The translations under genes were made by a program, and so were the position numbers. The notes beneath the pieces were generated by a model. That model was given only the letters and a program-made list of their open reading frames with translations. It had not been told where the DNA came from and searched no databases. Positions 9,661 through 19,629 of a DNA stretch of 64,000 nucleotides are shown here, piece by piece (the stretch's first letter is position 1; each line of letters begins with the position of its first letter). The stretch lies in contig CALXLA010000038.1 in the NCBI GenBank assembly GCA_944389075.1, positions 23,560-87,559 of the forward strand. Direction: 5' to 3'. This stretch comes from an uncultured Spirochaetaceae bacterium (GTDB lineage Bacteria > Spirochaetota > Spirochaetia > Sphaerochaetales > Sphaerochaetaceae).

Positions 9661-10560
9661 TGCCTTCATGACAGAAAGGAAACGCTGGGGAAGCTCCGCC
9701 TTGAAGCTCATCATCACGCCAGTCGAAGGATGCCTTATCTCAAGGCTGTAAGCGTGGAGCATCAGAGTTGCAGATGGAAAAGATGGATCAGGGCGCGAAT
9801 ATACAGGATCACCAAGGAGCGGATGGCCTATTGCCTGCATGTGCACACGGATCTGATGGGTACGCCCAGTATATATCCGGATAAGGAGAAGAGCATATCC
9901 ATCCATCTGCTTCACTACACTGTAGCTTGTCCTCGCATCCTTTCCCCTGTCGGTCTTCTCGGTTGCGCGGAAACGCTTCCTGTTCTTCGGATCCCTTTCT
10001 ATATTCAGGTTTATCTCGCCTTCCTGGGATGTGAAGAAGCCCTTCACTATTGCATAGTAATGCTTGACTGTGCGATGGCGCTGGAACTCCGCCTGAAGCC
10101 TGTGATGTGCTTCAAGACTCTTCGCGATGATCATCACGCCGCTCGTATCCTTGTCGAGGCGATGGACGATGCCCGGACGGGTATCATCATCAGATGTGGA
10201 GAAATCCTCCCCATAGCGCGAAAGCAGGGCGTTGGCGACTGTACCTGTATACAATCCTGCTCCTGGATGGACAGCGATGCCCTGCTCCTTGTTTATGACG
10301 AGGATGTCATCATCCTCATAGAGGATATCGAGCGGGATGTCCTCGGCTTCCAGAGACGGGAAGACTTCCTCGTCATACTCAATCACTATCTTATCGCCAG
10401 CTCTCACCTTGGCGCTTTTCTTCGAACCCTTCCCATTGATGATTATCGAAACGGAAGGAAGCGAGAATGCGGAACGGGGAATTCCCTGCTCTTTCGCGGC
10501 AACCGCATCGACGCGTCCATCGCTCAATGCCTCGAATTCATGGCAATGATGACGCTTCAT
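9643..10560 (-). CDS. rluD: RluA-family 23S rRNA pseudouridine synthase (RluD-like, with S4 domain)
   Basis: HRLDKDTSGV catalytic motif, TGRTHQIRVH, and an N-terminal S4-like segment. Confidence 0.9.
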   Translation of the reverse strand: MKRHHCHEFEALSDGRVDAVAAKEQGIPRSAFSLPSVSIIINGKGSKKSAKVRAGDKIVIEYDEEVFPSLEAEDIPLDILYEDDDILVINKEQGIAVHPGAGLYTGTVANALLSRYGEDFSTSDDDTRPGIVHRLDKDTSGVMIIAKSLEAHHRLQAEFQRHRTVKHYYAIVKGFFTSQEGEINLNIERDPKNRKRFRATEKTDRGKDARTSYSVVKQMDGYALLLIRIYTGRTHQIRVHMQAIGHPLLGDPVYSRPDPSFPSATLMLHAYSLEIRHPSTGVMMSFKAELPQRFLSVMKALGVDD

Positions 10561-10883
10561 CAGCCTACAGCCCCTATTATCCAGTCAGTCAGCGCGATTA
10601 TGAGAGAGACGCCTGCCGCGACTCCTAGCTGTATCAGAGCCTGCTGATATGGCTCAGATGGCCCCTGGACGCCAAGGGATGTCACCAGCGCATATGCTCC
10701 CATCGAAAGGGGGAAGGTTATTGCAAGCGAGCCGAAGAATATCGATTCCGCACGCCTCAGCTCATGCGCCCATATGGGGAACTCCTCTTCTGTATATGGC
10801 TCATACTCATACTGGATGGGATCAGCCATCAGCGGAAGTGCCAGTATTGAGAATATGAGAATCAAAGCTATTGTCTTTTTCAA
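10560..10883 (-). CDS. Small membrane protein (signal peptide plus 2 TM helices)
   Basis: The ORF is open to 10952 but overlaps yggS there. A TTG at 10881-10883 overlaps the yggS TGA (TTGA) and gives (M)KKTIALILIFSILALPLMA... Its stop overlaps the rluD ATG (ATGA). Confidence 0.5.
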   Translation of the reverse strand: MKKTIALILIFSILALPLMADPIQYEYEPYTEEEFPIWAHELRRAESIFFGSLAITFPLSMGAYALVTSLGVQGPSEPYQQALIQLGVAAGVSLIIALTDWIIGAVG

Positions 10884-11542
10884 TTCCTTGCTCCGAATAT
10901 CGCAGTACCGATCCTGACTTCCGTAGAGCCGGCTGCAAGCGCTTGCTGCCAATCGGCAGACATCCCCATTGATAGTACATCACAATCAGGCGAAAGGGAA
11001 TTCAGCTTTCCGAAGACTGTGTGTGCAAAAGAAAAAGCTTTTGCGTTTTTCTCCTCATCATAGCCAAGCGGCCCGACTGTCATGAGTCCCTTCAGGATGA
11101 TATGAGGACAGGATGAGAGTATGTATTTCCCTGCCTCGATAAGCTCATCAGCGGAACGGAATCCAGCCTTCTGCTCCTCTTCAGAGCTGTTCAGCTCAAG
11201 AAGCACCTCGATCTGCCTTCCCATGACAGTGGCTTCCTTCTCTATCTTCTCTATCAATTGAAGGCTGTCAACGCTCTCGATCCTGTCTGCGATCTGAAGG
11301 GCGCGCTTCACCTTGTTCCTCTGGAGCTGGCCAATTATGTAGAGCTTCATCCCTTCAGGCCTCTCACCCATCGGAGGAAACTTGGATTCCGCTTCCTGAA
11401 CCCTGTTCTCACCGAATATCCTGGCACCATCCGCATAGGCATCAAGCACTGCCTCATATGGATGCATCTTGGATACAGCGACGAGTACAGCGCTATCAGA
11501 ATGCGCTCTCACCTCTTCATGCACTTTTCTGTATCCTGTCAT
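10880..11542 (-). CDS. yggS: YggS-family pyridoxal-phosphate homeostasis protein
   Basis: 220 aa with VAVSK (PLP lysine), FGENRVQE, IGQLQRNK and MGMS motifs. Confidence 0.9.
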   Translation of the reverse strand: MTGYRKVHEEVRAHSDSAVLVAVSKMHPYEAVLDAYADGARIFGENRVQEAESKFPPMGERPEGMKLYIIGQLQRNKVKRALQIADRIESVDSLQLIEKIEKEATVMGRQIEVLLELNSSEEEQKAGFRSADELIEAGKYILSSCPHIILKGLMTVGPLGYDEEKNAKAFSFAHTVFGKLNSLSPDCDVLSMGMSADWQQALAAGSTEVRIGTAIFGARN

Positions 11543-12438
11543 TTCCTGTCTCCTTTGAGCTCTGCCATCTTCTCCTTGTTGAGCTTATCGACCTCGGCCC
11601 GCTGCCTTTTTCTGAGATCATTCCTCTCCTTGGTCCATGATATGATCACGTCTATCTGCCTTCTCACTTCCTCAGCGCTTGCGCTCATGCTCGGGTTGGA
11701 ACGGGCAATACGGCTTGCCTTGGCAAGAAATGCGGTTCTTGTCTTCTCGAAATCCTCTTCAAGGCGTGCCCTGAATTCCTCTGCGAGCTCCTTCTTGCCG
11801 GCAGCGACGAGAGCCCTTGTACGATCCTCGATCTCCTTCCTCTTCTGCCTGATCGCCTCAAGACCTTTGCGGAATGAGATCATCTTCATCACGGAAAGCG
11901 TGGCGTCGATTGAAAGCGCTGCGACTATCAGATGAGTCAGCGGCACAAGGACTGTGTCAGGAATCACAGAGATGATATCATCGACAACAGGCTCCACTGC
12001 ATTCACAGTCACGACACCCATGATTCCGAAAAGCGATGAGTTCAGGAGGCACACTCTCCCGTTTATATTCCCGAAGTGCTTTGAGTAATCCCAGAGCTTG
12101 ACTGAGAAGCATTTCTCGAGAAGCCATGATGTGAAGTACTCAAGACACGATGTAAGTACAAAGGCCGACAGGAAAAGCAGCAGGATATTGCTCCTTATCG
12201 CATCAGGAAGAAGGTATACGATCATACCACCGAAGCCATATATCGGGAGATATGGACCATAAAGGAAGCCCCTGTTCACGAATCTCCGCTGGGGAACCGA
12301 GCAGTAGACTACCTCTGAGATATATCCAAGAATAGAATATATGAAGAAGTGCAGGATGATTTCAGCCATATGATAAGGATACCCTGAGATGGAATTAAGG
12401 AAAAGACCGGAGCAGGACGGAAAAAATGAGGGAGGCAT
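11539..12438 (-). CDS. Membrane protein, 'putative ABC-transporter type IV' (PF06541-like) domain plus C-terminal coiled coil
   Basis: ILGYISEVVYCS...RGFLYGPYLPIYGFGG resembles PF06541 (from memory). The C-terminal roughly 110 aa are K/E/R-rich coiled coil. SD GGGGAGGG precedes the ATG at 12438; an alternative ATG is at 12369. Confidence 0.65.
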   Translation of the reverse strand: MPPSFFPSCSGLFLNSISGYPYHMAEIILHFFIYSILGYISEVVYCSVPQRRFVNRGFLYGPYLPIYGFGGMIVYLLPDAIRSNILLLFLSAFVLTSCLEYFTSWLLEKCFSVKLWDYSKHFGNINGRVCLLNSSLFGIMGVVTVNAVEPVVDDIISVIPDTVLVPLTHLIVAALSIDATLSVMKMISFRKGLEAIRQKRKEIEDRTRALVAAGKKELAEEFRARLEEDFEKTRTAFLAKASRIARSNPSMSASAEEVRRQIDVIISWTKERNDLRKRQRAEVDKLNKEKMAELKGDRK

Positions 12439-12456
12439 AATCCCTCCCCTTATGTG

Positions 12457-13005
12457 TCAGTCCTTATAGTAGATCGAGGCCCTTACCTCCTCGCTCTTCT
12501 CCTTGCCAAGAAGGGCTGCGATGACCTCCAGACCGAGATCGAATGCCCAGCCGGCGCTCTTTCCCGTTATGATATTCCCATCCCTTATGACCCCTTCCGA
12601 TGAGAATCTGAAATCAGGTGCGAAAGACTCGCATCCAGGATAGCATGTCGCATTTCTGCCATCAAGGATTCCCAGAGGATAAAGCACCGCCGCAGGAGCT
12701 GCGCAGATAGCTGCGACAATACCTGACTGAGCCGTCTTGACTATCATCCTGCCAGCTTCCCATGACTGGGAGAGATTCACAGAGCCTGGCATACCACCCG
12801 GGCAGAATACCGCATTGAAATCCTCGTCCTCAGCTTCATTGATGGTCTTGTCCGCAGTGACTATGATTCCGCATGATGATCTGACCTCTTTCGAATCCGA
12901 AACAGATATAAGGACTGTATCAAGTCCAGCGCGCCTGAATACATCAGCCGGACACATGGCCTCTGCAATCTCAAAACCTTCGGCAAGCAATACCGCAATC
13001 TTCAT
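12457..13005 (-). CDS. DJ-1/PfpI family protein
   Basis: 182 aa with the nucleophile elbow AICAAP and the GG.PG motif. SD GGAGGAG upstream. Confidence 0.85.
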   Translation of the reverse strand: MKIAVLLAEGFEIAEAMCPADVFRRAGLDTVLISVSDSKEVRSSCGIIVTADKTINEAEDEDFNAVFCPGGMPGSVNLSQSWEAGRMIVKTAQSGIVAAICAAPAAVLYPLGILDGRNATCYPGCESFAPDFRFSSEGVIRDGNIITGKSAGWAFDLGLEVIAALLGKEKSEEVRASIYYKD

Positions 13006-14090
13006 AAAATCTCCTCCGATGTTCCTTCCGTATAAGCCTTCCTGATGATATCAGCAGCATGAAGGACAATCCTCTCAGTCTCTTCCCAGCCTATGCACGC
13101 ATCTGTCACAGATACGCCATACTCAAGCGCAGAAAGATCCTCGCCTATCTTCTGGCATCCTTCTTTTATATTCGACTCAAGCATGAAGCCGCGGATCCTG
13201 TCCTCGCCCCATCTGACCTGATCGACAATTGAACGCAGAACCCTCTTCTGCCTTCTGTAATCCTTTCTGCTGTTCTGATGCGAGCAGTCGATGACAATTC
13301 TCGGCTCAAGACCAAGAGAAGACATCATCTTCTTCGCCTCTTCCACATCATCCTCATAGTAATTGGGGCCATTGTCCCCTCCCCTGAGTATCATGTGATA
13401 GCAGTCATTGCCGGAAGAATGGAATACCGCAATCTGCCCATTGCGCTCAACACCAATGAAAGATGCCGGCTCCTTTGCGCTCTTGCAGGCATTGACAGCA
13501 GCTGTGAGATCTCCCGAAGTGCTGTTCTTGAAGCCGACAGCGACCGAAAGACCCGAGGCAAGCGCCCTGTGGGTCTGGCTCTCCGTCGTGCGCGCGCCGA
13601 TCGATGACCAGCTCATGAGCTCATCCGTATACTGAGGGATTATCGGATCGAGGACCTCGCAGCCAACAGGAAGACCGATTTCCGTTATATCGATGAGGAG
13701 CTTTCTCGCTATCACGAGCCCCTTCTCGATGTCATAGCTTCCATCCATATCAGGATCGACGATGAGACCACGCCATCCGAGAGCAGTGCGAGGCTTCTCG
13801 AAGTATGTCCTCATAACGACGCGGAAGACATCAGATACCTTGTCCGAGAGTCCTTTCAGCCTTTCCGCATAATCAATAGCCGCGGCAGGATCATGGATGG
13901 AGCATGGACCTATAACGGCAAGCATCCTCCTGTCCTCGCCTTTTATGATTGAATTCACCTCGCTGCGGAACGAACATATCCTCTCCGCATTCTCCGGGGA
14001 TATAGGATATGCGGAAGCAAGCTCCGCAGGGCTCTTCAGCCCCTCGATGCTGCTGATCCTGACATCCTGGGTTGTCTTATTTATCATCAT
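13002..14090 (-). CDS. 3-deoxy-7-phosphoheptulonate (DAHP) synthase, class I
   Basis: 362 aa with GPCSIHD, KPRT, LRGG..GPNY and IDCSH motifs of AroF/G/H-type enzymes. Confidence 0.9.
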   Translation of the reverse strand: MMINKTTQDVRISSIEGLKSPAELASAYPISPENAERICSFRSEVNSIIKGEDRRMLAVIGPCSIHDPAAAIDYAERLKGLSDKVSDVFRVVMRTYFEKPRTALGWRGLIVDPDMDGSYDIEKGLVIARKLLIDITEIGLPVGCEVLDPIIPQYTDELMSWSSIGARTTESQTHRALASGLSVAVGFKNSTSGDLTAAVNACKSAKEPASFIGVERNGQIAVFHSSGNDCYHMILRGGDNGPNYYEDDVEEAKKMMSSLGLEPRIVIDCSHQNSRKDYRRQKRVLRSIVDQVRWGEDRIRGFMLESNIKEGCQKIGEDLSALEYGVSVTDACIGWEETERIVLHAADIIRKAYTEGTSEEIL

Positions 14091-15885
14091 TTTTCTCTTC
14101 TGCCTTTGCCTTCTTCTTCGGATACAGGAAACGCTTGATCTTCTGGGTAGGAGTCCTGTCGAAAGGCTCCTCCTGAAGCTGCACGTCCGATATCTTCGAA
14201 TAAGCCGACAGCTCGGAGTTTACCTGATTTCTTATCGCCTTGATATACTTCTGGGCCTCCTGCTGAGCTTCCTGCGCGGAAATCTTCAGCTTCTCAGCCA
14301 TCATGTTCATATCGAGCTTGATGAGCGCGACAAGACCTCCGTTCTCAGGAACGACAAGCGACTCCTCAACGAATGACTGGCTGTTGATGATTGCCTCTAT
14401 CGTCTCCGGATAGATATTCTCGCCGCCCGGTCCGAGGATCATGGTCTTGACTCTTCCCCTGATTGCGAGCCTGTTATGCTTGCCTATATATCCAAGGTCG
14501 CCTGTCTTGAAATAGCCATCCTCTGTGAATGATTCCTTATTGAGCTCAGGATTGTTGTAATAGCCTCTCATCACATTCGGCCCCTTTACGGCAATCTCAC
14601 CAACGCCTTCCTCATTCTTATTGAGAAGGATGACATCATCATCCGCAACAATCTCGCCGATGTATCCTGGATGCTGTCTTGAGTGCGCACTGCCGCAGCC
14701 TGCGACAAGCGGGGATGTCTCCGTAAGCCCGTAGCCGATTGCATATGGGAAATGCGCCTTATGAAGGAAGCGCTCGACTTCCCCATCGAGAGGTGCGCCT
14801 CCGATTCCGAAGAACTTCAGCCTGTGCCCGAATGTCGTCATGAGCTTGCGTCCTATCGTCCTGTAGACAAAGCCGCCTATAACCGGCATCTTTATCATCT
14901 TTCCGATCTTCTGGTTGTCGCGGAGCACAGGAAGTACCGCGGATCTGTAGACCTTCTCGATCAGGAGAGGGACGGAGAGCATCACATGGGGCCTCACCTC
15001 GGCAAGAGCAGGAAGCAGGATCGAGACTGCAGGCGGTTTCCCCAGGAATGTTATATCCAGGCCCGAGAGCAGCGTCAGCACCTGTCCGATCGTGAACTCA
15101 TATACATGGCTCATCGGAAGTATGGAGAGGGCCTTCCAGCCCGGTTTAAGGCTTATGTAGACATCAGTCGCAAGGTCAGCTCCCCTGAGGATATTCATAT
15201 GCGAAAGCTCTACACCTTTGGATGAGCCTGTCGTTCCTGATGTGTAGATAAGCGATGCGATATCATTCTCGGCAGGCTTGACTGCTTTCACGTCATTGAT
15301 CCTGAGCTTCGTGCTCTTCATCGCGAAGCCCGGGGCCTTGTCGAATGTGTAATCATCGCCAGATGAAGGAACATGCACAAGATCCTCCATCCTGAAAACC
15401 ATCAGATCCGGGCTTATGTCCGCAATCTTCTGGTACTGCTTGGTATTGACGCAGACACCGATAGAGCCGCTGTCCTTGATTATGAACTTCGCTTCACGGG
15501 CAGAGAAATCAGGAAGGATCGGTACAGCGATGGCACCAAGCATGACGATTCCAAGATACATCACCATCCAGTTCGGACAGCTCTCACCGAAGATCGCTAT
15601 CCTGTCGCCCTTCTTCACTCCTTTGTCCATGAGATATGATGCGACCGCATATGAATACCAGCCAAGCTGGTTGTAAGTCATGTCATTCTCATCGCCCTGA
15701 CGGAATACGCGATAGCATATCCTGTCCTGATAGCGTGCAGTCACAGCTTCAACGAAATCCGTGAATGTATACCCCTTGAGGGTCTTCAGCCTCAGTCCAT
15801 CAGATCGTCCGACCTTCCTGCATTCCTTGAGGCTGAATTCCTTCCTCCGTGCCTTTCTCTTCTCCTTTTCCTTGCTCTTTCCCAT
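14077..15885 (-). CDS. AMP-dependent synthetase/ligase (long-chain fatty-acid-CoA ligase type)
   Basis: YTSGTTGSSKG AMP-binding motif, GYGLTE, TGD and a C-terminal PTQKIKR. Start set at the ATG at 15885 (MGKSKEK...), preceded by SD GAGGGG; the ORF is open to 15984. Confidence 0.85.
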   Translation of the reverse strand: MGKSKEKEKRKARRKEFSLKECRKVGRSDGLRLKTLKGYTFTDFVEAVTARYQDRICYRVFRQGDENDMTYNQLGWYSYAVASYLMDKGVKKGDRIAIFGESCPNWMVMYLGIVMLGAIAVPILPDFSAREAKFIIKDSGSIGVCVNTKQYQKIADISPDLMVFRMEDLVHVPSSGDDYTFDKAPGFAMKSTKLRINDVKAVKPAENDIASLIYTSGTTGSSKGVELSHMNILRGADLATDVYISLKPGWKALSILPMSHVYEFTIGQVLTLLSGLDITFLGKPPAVSILLPALAEVRPHVMLSVPLLIEKVYRSAVLPVLRDNQKIGKMIKMPVIGGFVYRTIGRKLMTTFGHRLKFFGIGGAPLDGEVERFLHKAHFPYAIGYGLTETSPLVAGCGSAHSRQHPGYIGEIVADDDVILLNKNEEGVGEIAVKGPNVMRGYYNNPELNKESFTEDGYFKTGDLGYIGKHNRLAIRGRVKTMILGPGGENIYPETIEAIINSQSFVEESLVVPENGGLVALIKLDMNMMAEKLKISAQEAQQEAQKYIKAIRNQVNSELSAYSKISDVQLQEEPFDRTPTQKIKRFLYPKKKAKAEEKNDDK

Positions 15886-16654
15886 CGATAAACCCCTCAA
15901 ACAGCTCCCCTCGCTCGCATATCTTGCAGAATATGCCGGAAGGGATCTTCGAATAAGCAAGATCGCGGAGGATATCGGTATCATTGTTGTTCTCGCTCAC
16001 GTGGACAAAATAGACACTCTCACCTCTTCTGGCTACCTTGCTTGCGAACTCCACGGCCTCCGTATTGGAAAGGTGTCCGTAGATTCCTTTTATCCTTTTC
16101 TTCAGATGTGCCGGATAAGGTCCCTCATCCAGCATCTTCTCGTCATAGTTTGATTCAATGAACATCACATCGGCAGCATCGGCAAGTTCTTCTGCTCCAT
16201 CCGGAATGATCCCTGTATCTGTCATTATGAAGAATGAAGGTCCTGACCCGGATTTCACAAGATATCCGGCAGATCCTTCCGAATCATGGAATGTCCTGAA
16301 GGGAATCACTGAAAAACCGGGAACTGAAAGCTCTTCGCCGAAGGAGTACTGCCTGACAAGGGCCGGCTCGATCCGCTGGCGCTGTATCTCAGCCATATTG
16401 CGTGCCCATGAGATATCCGACATATAGACAGGAAGTCCTGTCTTTCTCTGGAAGACACCCACCCCTTTAGAATGATCGGGATGCAGATGCGTCAGGAACA
16501 TTGCGCGCACGGAAGACATCGGAATATCGTGATCTTCCATCCTCTCGCTGAGCTTCTTGTATGTAACGCCATCATCGATGATGATCGTGTTCTCATCATC
16601 TGTTATGATATAGCAGTTGCCACAGCTTCCGGTTGTAAGAACCAGATAATGCAC
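15800..16654 (-). CDS. MBL-fold metallo-hydrolase
   Basis: LTHLHPDHSKG (HxHxDH). GTG start at 16654 preceded by GGAGGG. The 3' end overlaps the ligase start by 86 nt. Confidence 0.8.
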   Translation of the reverse strand: MHYLVLTTGSCGNCYIITDDENTIIIDDGVTYKKLSERMEDHDIPMSSVRAMFLTHLHPDHSKGVGVFQRKTGLPVYMSDISWARNMAEIQRQRIEPALVRQYSFGEELSVPGFSVIPFRTFHDSEGSAGYLVKSGSGPSFFIMTDTGIIPDGAEELADAADVMFIESNYDEKMLDEGPYPAHLKKRIKGIYGHLSNTEAVEFASKVARRGESVYFVHVSENNNDTDILRDLAYSKIPSGIFCKICERGELFEGFIDGKEQGKGEEKGTEEGIQPQGMQEGRTI

Positions 16655-16957
16655 GCTTTTCCCTCCATTTCACTTGTTTCTACAAGATTACAGCTTAAAA
16701 GGACAATGGGCAATCATACCCAGTCGCTTGGAACCTATAGTTATAATCAACTAAATGGCATGAATCGCACAATACTGGATACTTGAAATAGGATGATATG
16801 CAGCTTCAGATATGAGAAGCAAACGACAAACCATAAGAAATCATCGACTATGATGAAAATCCGGCAAAACAGATTACCAACTGCAATCACAATCCTGGAG
16901 ATTTCCGTCAAATTGCCGATATATGCAATAATATCCTTTTTGCGCTAGACTGCTTCT

Positions 16958-18250
16958 ATGCCTGATATTCATGCGCTTGAGACAGTATTCGATTCATTCG
17001 CGCCGATGCAGAGAGATCCGAATATAAGGGAAAACAGACTCGACAGGATGAGGCTCCTCCTCAGTCATCTCGGCAATCCTGAGAGAAGCTTCAGGACATA
17101 CCACATCGCAGGCTCGAAAGGAAAAGGGTCTACAAGCGCATATCTTGCGGCGCTCCTGACAGGAAGCGGCAGGAAGTGCGGCCTTTATCTCTCGCCTCAC
17201 ATCTATACAATCCGTGAAAGATTCACGTTATCATCGCAGTTCTTCCCGGACTCCCTTTATCTTGATACCCTCTCGGAATTCCTGGACATGGTATCGTCAT
17301 TCCATCTGCCAGAAAGCCTCGGGGCCCGGAAACCGACGACATTCGAAGCATATACTGCATATGGCTACATGCTTTTCAGGAATGCAGGATGCACAGATGC
17401 AGTGATAGAGACAGGACTCGGTGGCCGGCTCGATGCGACGAATACGATAGAGCCGGAGGCAGTCCTTCTCACGCCGATAGAACTCGAGCATACAGATGTG
17501 CTCGGCTCAACGATCCGCGAGATAGCTGTGGAGAAATCAAAGATCATAACGGAAGGGACACCTGTCTTCTCCTCAGCAAAAGATGCTGATGCAAGAGCGG
17601 TTTTCATAGAAGAAGCAATGAAAATGCATTCTCCGATAGAATTCCTCGATGATGCGATTTCAGGTTTCTCATCCAGATCATCACTTGATGGCGAAAGGGT
17701 TAGATTCAAGCTCCTCGATAATGATTTCTCGCTGATTCTCAGGATGTCATCGCTGGCAATGGCGGAGAACGCGGCCCTTGCGATCCTGGCCGCATCGCGC
17801 CTTGGACTCCTCACAGAGAGAGGCATACAGCTTCTCGAGCGCACCCAGCTTCCCGGAAGATTCGAGAAAAGATGGATAGACGGGACACTGGTGGTTATAG
17901 ACGGGGCCCATACGGCAAGATCAATGAGATACACGCTCGATACATTCATGGAGATAGATGAACCTGCTTCATCCACTCTCATATTCTCCGCAGTCGAGGG
18001 AAAGGATGTAAGCCACATGCTTTCGATGCTCATACCTGAATTCGGAAGGATAATAATCACGAAGCCTGATGAATGGAAGAAAAGCGATCCGGAAGGGATA
18101 TTCCATCAGGCCCGCGCAATAGCCCCTGACAAGGATATCGAGTATATCCCTGACAGGAACAAGGCCCTTGGCAAGGCCCTCGGCTGGAAGAGGAGCATAC
18201 TGATAGCAGGCTCTTTCTATCTTGCTTCAGGAATGGAGGCACTCAGATGA
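16958..18250 (+). CDS. folC: Bifunctional folylpolyglutamate synthase / dihydrofolate synthase
   Basis: 430 aa with the Mur-ligase P-loop HIAGSKGKGST, IETGLGGRLDATN and DGAHT. Confidence 0.9.
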   Translation: MPDIHALETVFDSFAPMQRDPNIRENRLDRMRLLLSHLGNPERSFRTYHIAGSKGKGSTSAYLAALLTGSGRKCGLYLSPHIYTIRERFTLSSQFFPDSLYLDTLSEFLDMVSSFHLPESLGARKPTTFEAYTAYGYMLFRNAGCTDAVIETGLGGRLDATNTIEPEAVLLTPIELEHTDVLGSTIREIAVEKSKIITEGTPVFSSAKDADARAVFIEEAMKMHSPIEFLDDAISGFSSRSSLDGERVRFKLLDNDFSLILRMSSLAMAENAALAILAASRLGLLTERGIQLLERTQLPGRFEKRWIDGTLVVIDGAHTARSMRYTLDTFMEIDEPASSTLIFSAVEGKDVSHMLSMLIPEFGRIIITKPDEWKKSDPEGIFHQARAIAPDKDIEYIPDRNKALGKALGWKRSILIAGSFYLASGMEALR

Positions 18251-19629
18251 TCAACTGGAGAGAACTTGAGCTGCTGCTCTCGGAACTTCCTCTTGAGAAC
18301 AGCTACATACAGAAAGTCACGGAACATTCCGTGCATTCATTCACACTATCCATGTTTTCCAGGGAGGAGAAAGCCTGGCTTCTGTACTTCGAGATAGCGA
18401 CACCCGATGCTGTCGTGTGCAGGACAGAGAAGATGAGGAAGAAAGCGGAAGGTGCGCAGCGCTTCACACAGTACATGAGGGCTCACTTCACAGGACGCAA
18501 GGTGACATCTGTCAGGCAGCTTCCATTCGACAGGGCATTTGTGATGAAGCTCACGAACAGCGAGGATACGATTTCCGTGCTTGTCAGGCTCTTCTCCGGA
18601 ATCGGAGCGAACATCATAGTGATGGATGAGGATGACACAATCCTTGAGCTGATGTACAGAAGACCTCAGCGCGGCGAGGAGAAAGGAAGGAAGCTTGTAA
18701 TCGATGAGCGCACATCCGAAGGCGACAAGCACTTTGAGGTGCGTCCATGGGAAGGAGACTCTTTCAACAAGTTCATCGATGAACATGGCAGGGCAAAAGC
18801 GACTGCCGAGGAGAATGACAGGCAGCTTGAGCGCCTTCAGGAGAAGCGCGACAAGGAGCTTGCGACGCTGTCGGAGCGCCTCAGGAGGCAGGAAGAGCGT
18901 GTGAAGGCAACTTCTGTCTATGAGGAGGCCAGAAAAGCCGCGGATATCCTTTCCGCCTCAATCCATCTTGTCAGCAAGGGAATGTCAAGAATAGAGCTTC
19001 CGGACTGGGATGGGAATATTATGGCAATATCGCTGGATCCCGCACTCTCCCCTAATGAGAATCTTGAGAAGCTCTATCAGCGCTACAGGAAGGACAAGAA
19101 GACTTATCAGATGGCTCTTGAGGAAGCAGAGGAGACCAGGAAGGCAATCAGGGATACTGAAGAGAAGTACAATGCCCTTATCGAAGAAGGCAATATGCAG
19201 AAGATATCCCGCGAGAATGCGAAGGAGGACAGAAGCCGGATACAGCAGGACACAAGACCTGGTATCAGGGTGAATGTCTCAGGCTGGGATATCATCATAG
19301 GAAGAAGTGCGAAGGAGAATGACGAGATACTGCGCCGTGATGCGAAAGGAATGGATATCTGGATGCATACAAGGGACTACAGCGGCGCCTATGTCATTAT
19401 CAAGGCAAAGCGCGACAAGACAGTTCCCCTGCCTGTTCTTCTTGATGCGGCATCTCTTGCGATACATTACTCGAAGGCAAAGAAGAATGGAAAGGCGGAT
19501 CTGTATTATACTTATGTGAAGTTCCTGCGCCGTGCGAAAGATGGACCGAAGGGACTTGTGATCCCCACGCAGGAGAAGAACCTCTCTGCGACACTTGATG
19601 AGAAAAGGGTGAAGGAGATTCTCTCATGA
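18247..19629 (+). CDS. NFACT-family protein (RqcH / fibronectin-binding protein A-like)
   Basis: NFACT-N-like N-terminus, a central coiled coil, and a C-terminal NFACT-R/DUF814-like block (GWDIIIGRSAKENDEIL...DIWMHT...GAYVII). At 460 aa it is shorter than typical RqcH. ATGA overlap with folC. Confidence 0.8.
   Translation: MINWRELELLLSELPLENSYIQKVTEHSVHSFTLSMFSREEKAWLLYFEIATPDAVVCRTEKMRKKAEGAQRFTQYMRAHFTGRKVTSVRQLPFDRAFVMKLTNSEDTISVLVRLFSGIGANIIVMDEDDTILELMYRRPQRGEEKGRKLVIDERTSEGDKHFEVRPWEGDSFNKFIDEHGRAKATAEENDRQLERLQEKRDKELATLSERLRRQEERVKATSVYEEARKAADILSASIHLVSKGMSRIELPDWDGNIMAISLDPALSPNENLEKLYQRYRKDKKTYQMALEEAEETRKAIRDTEEKYNALIEEGNMQKISRENAKEDRSRIQQDTRPGIRVNVSGWDIIIGRSAKENDEILRRDAKGMDIWMHTRDYSGAYVIIKAKRDKTVPLPVLLDAASLAIHYSKAKKNGKADLYYTYVKFLRRAKDGPKGLVIPTQEKNLSATLDEKRVKEILS

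Noticed and set aside
9730-10647. 305-aa antisense ORF, the same length as rluD. Similar long antisense ORFs occur at 25727-26554 (feoB), 31259-32131 (rarA), 17365-18060 (folC), 37519-38196 (permease), 41767-42405 (clpX/nrnA), 43342-43935 (pyk), 50644-51234 (nhaC), 11258-11935 and 5524-6087.
   Set aside because: All lie fully inside well-supported genes on the other strand. Their products are low-complexity and Ser/Arg/Leu/Pro-rich, with no motifs and no SD. This is the expected by-product of the codon bias of the sense genes.
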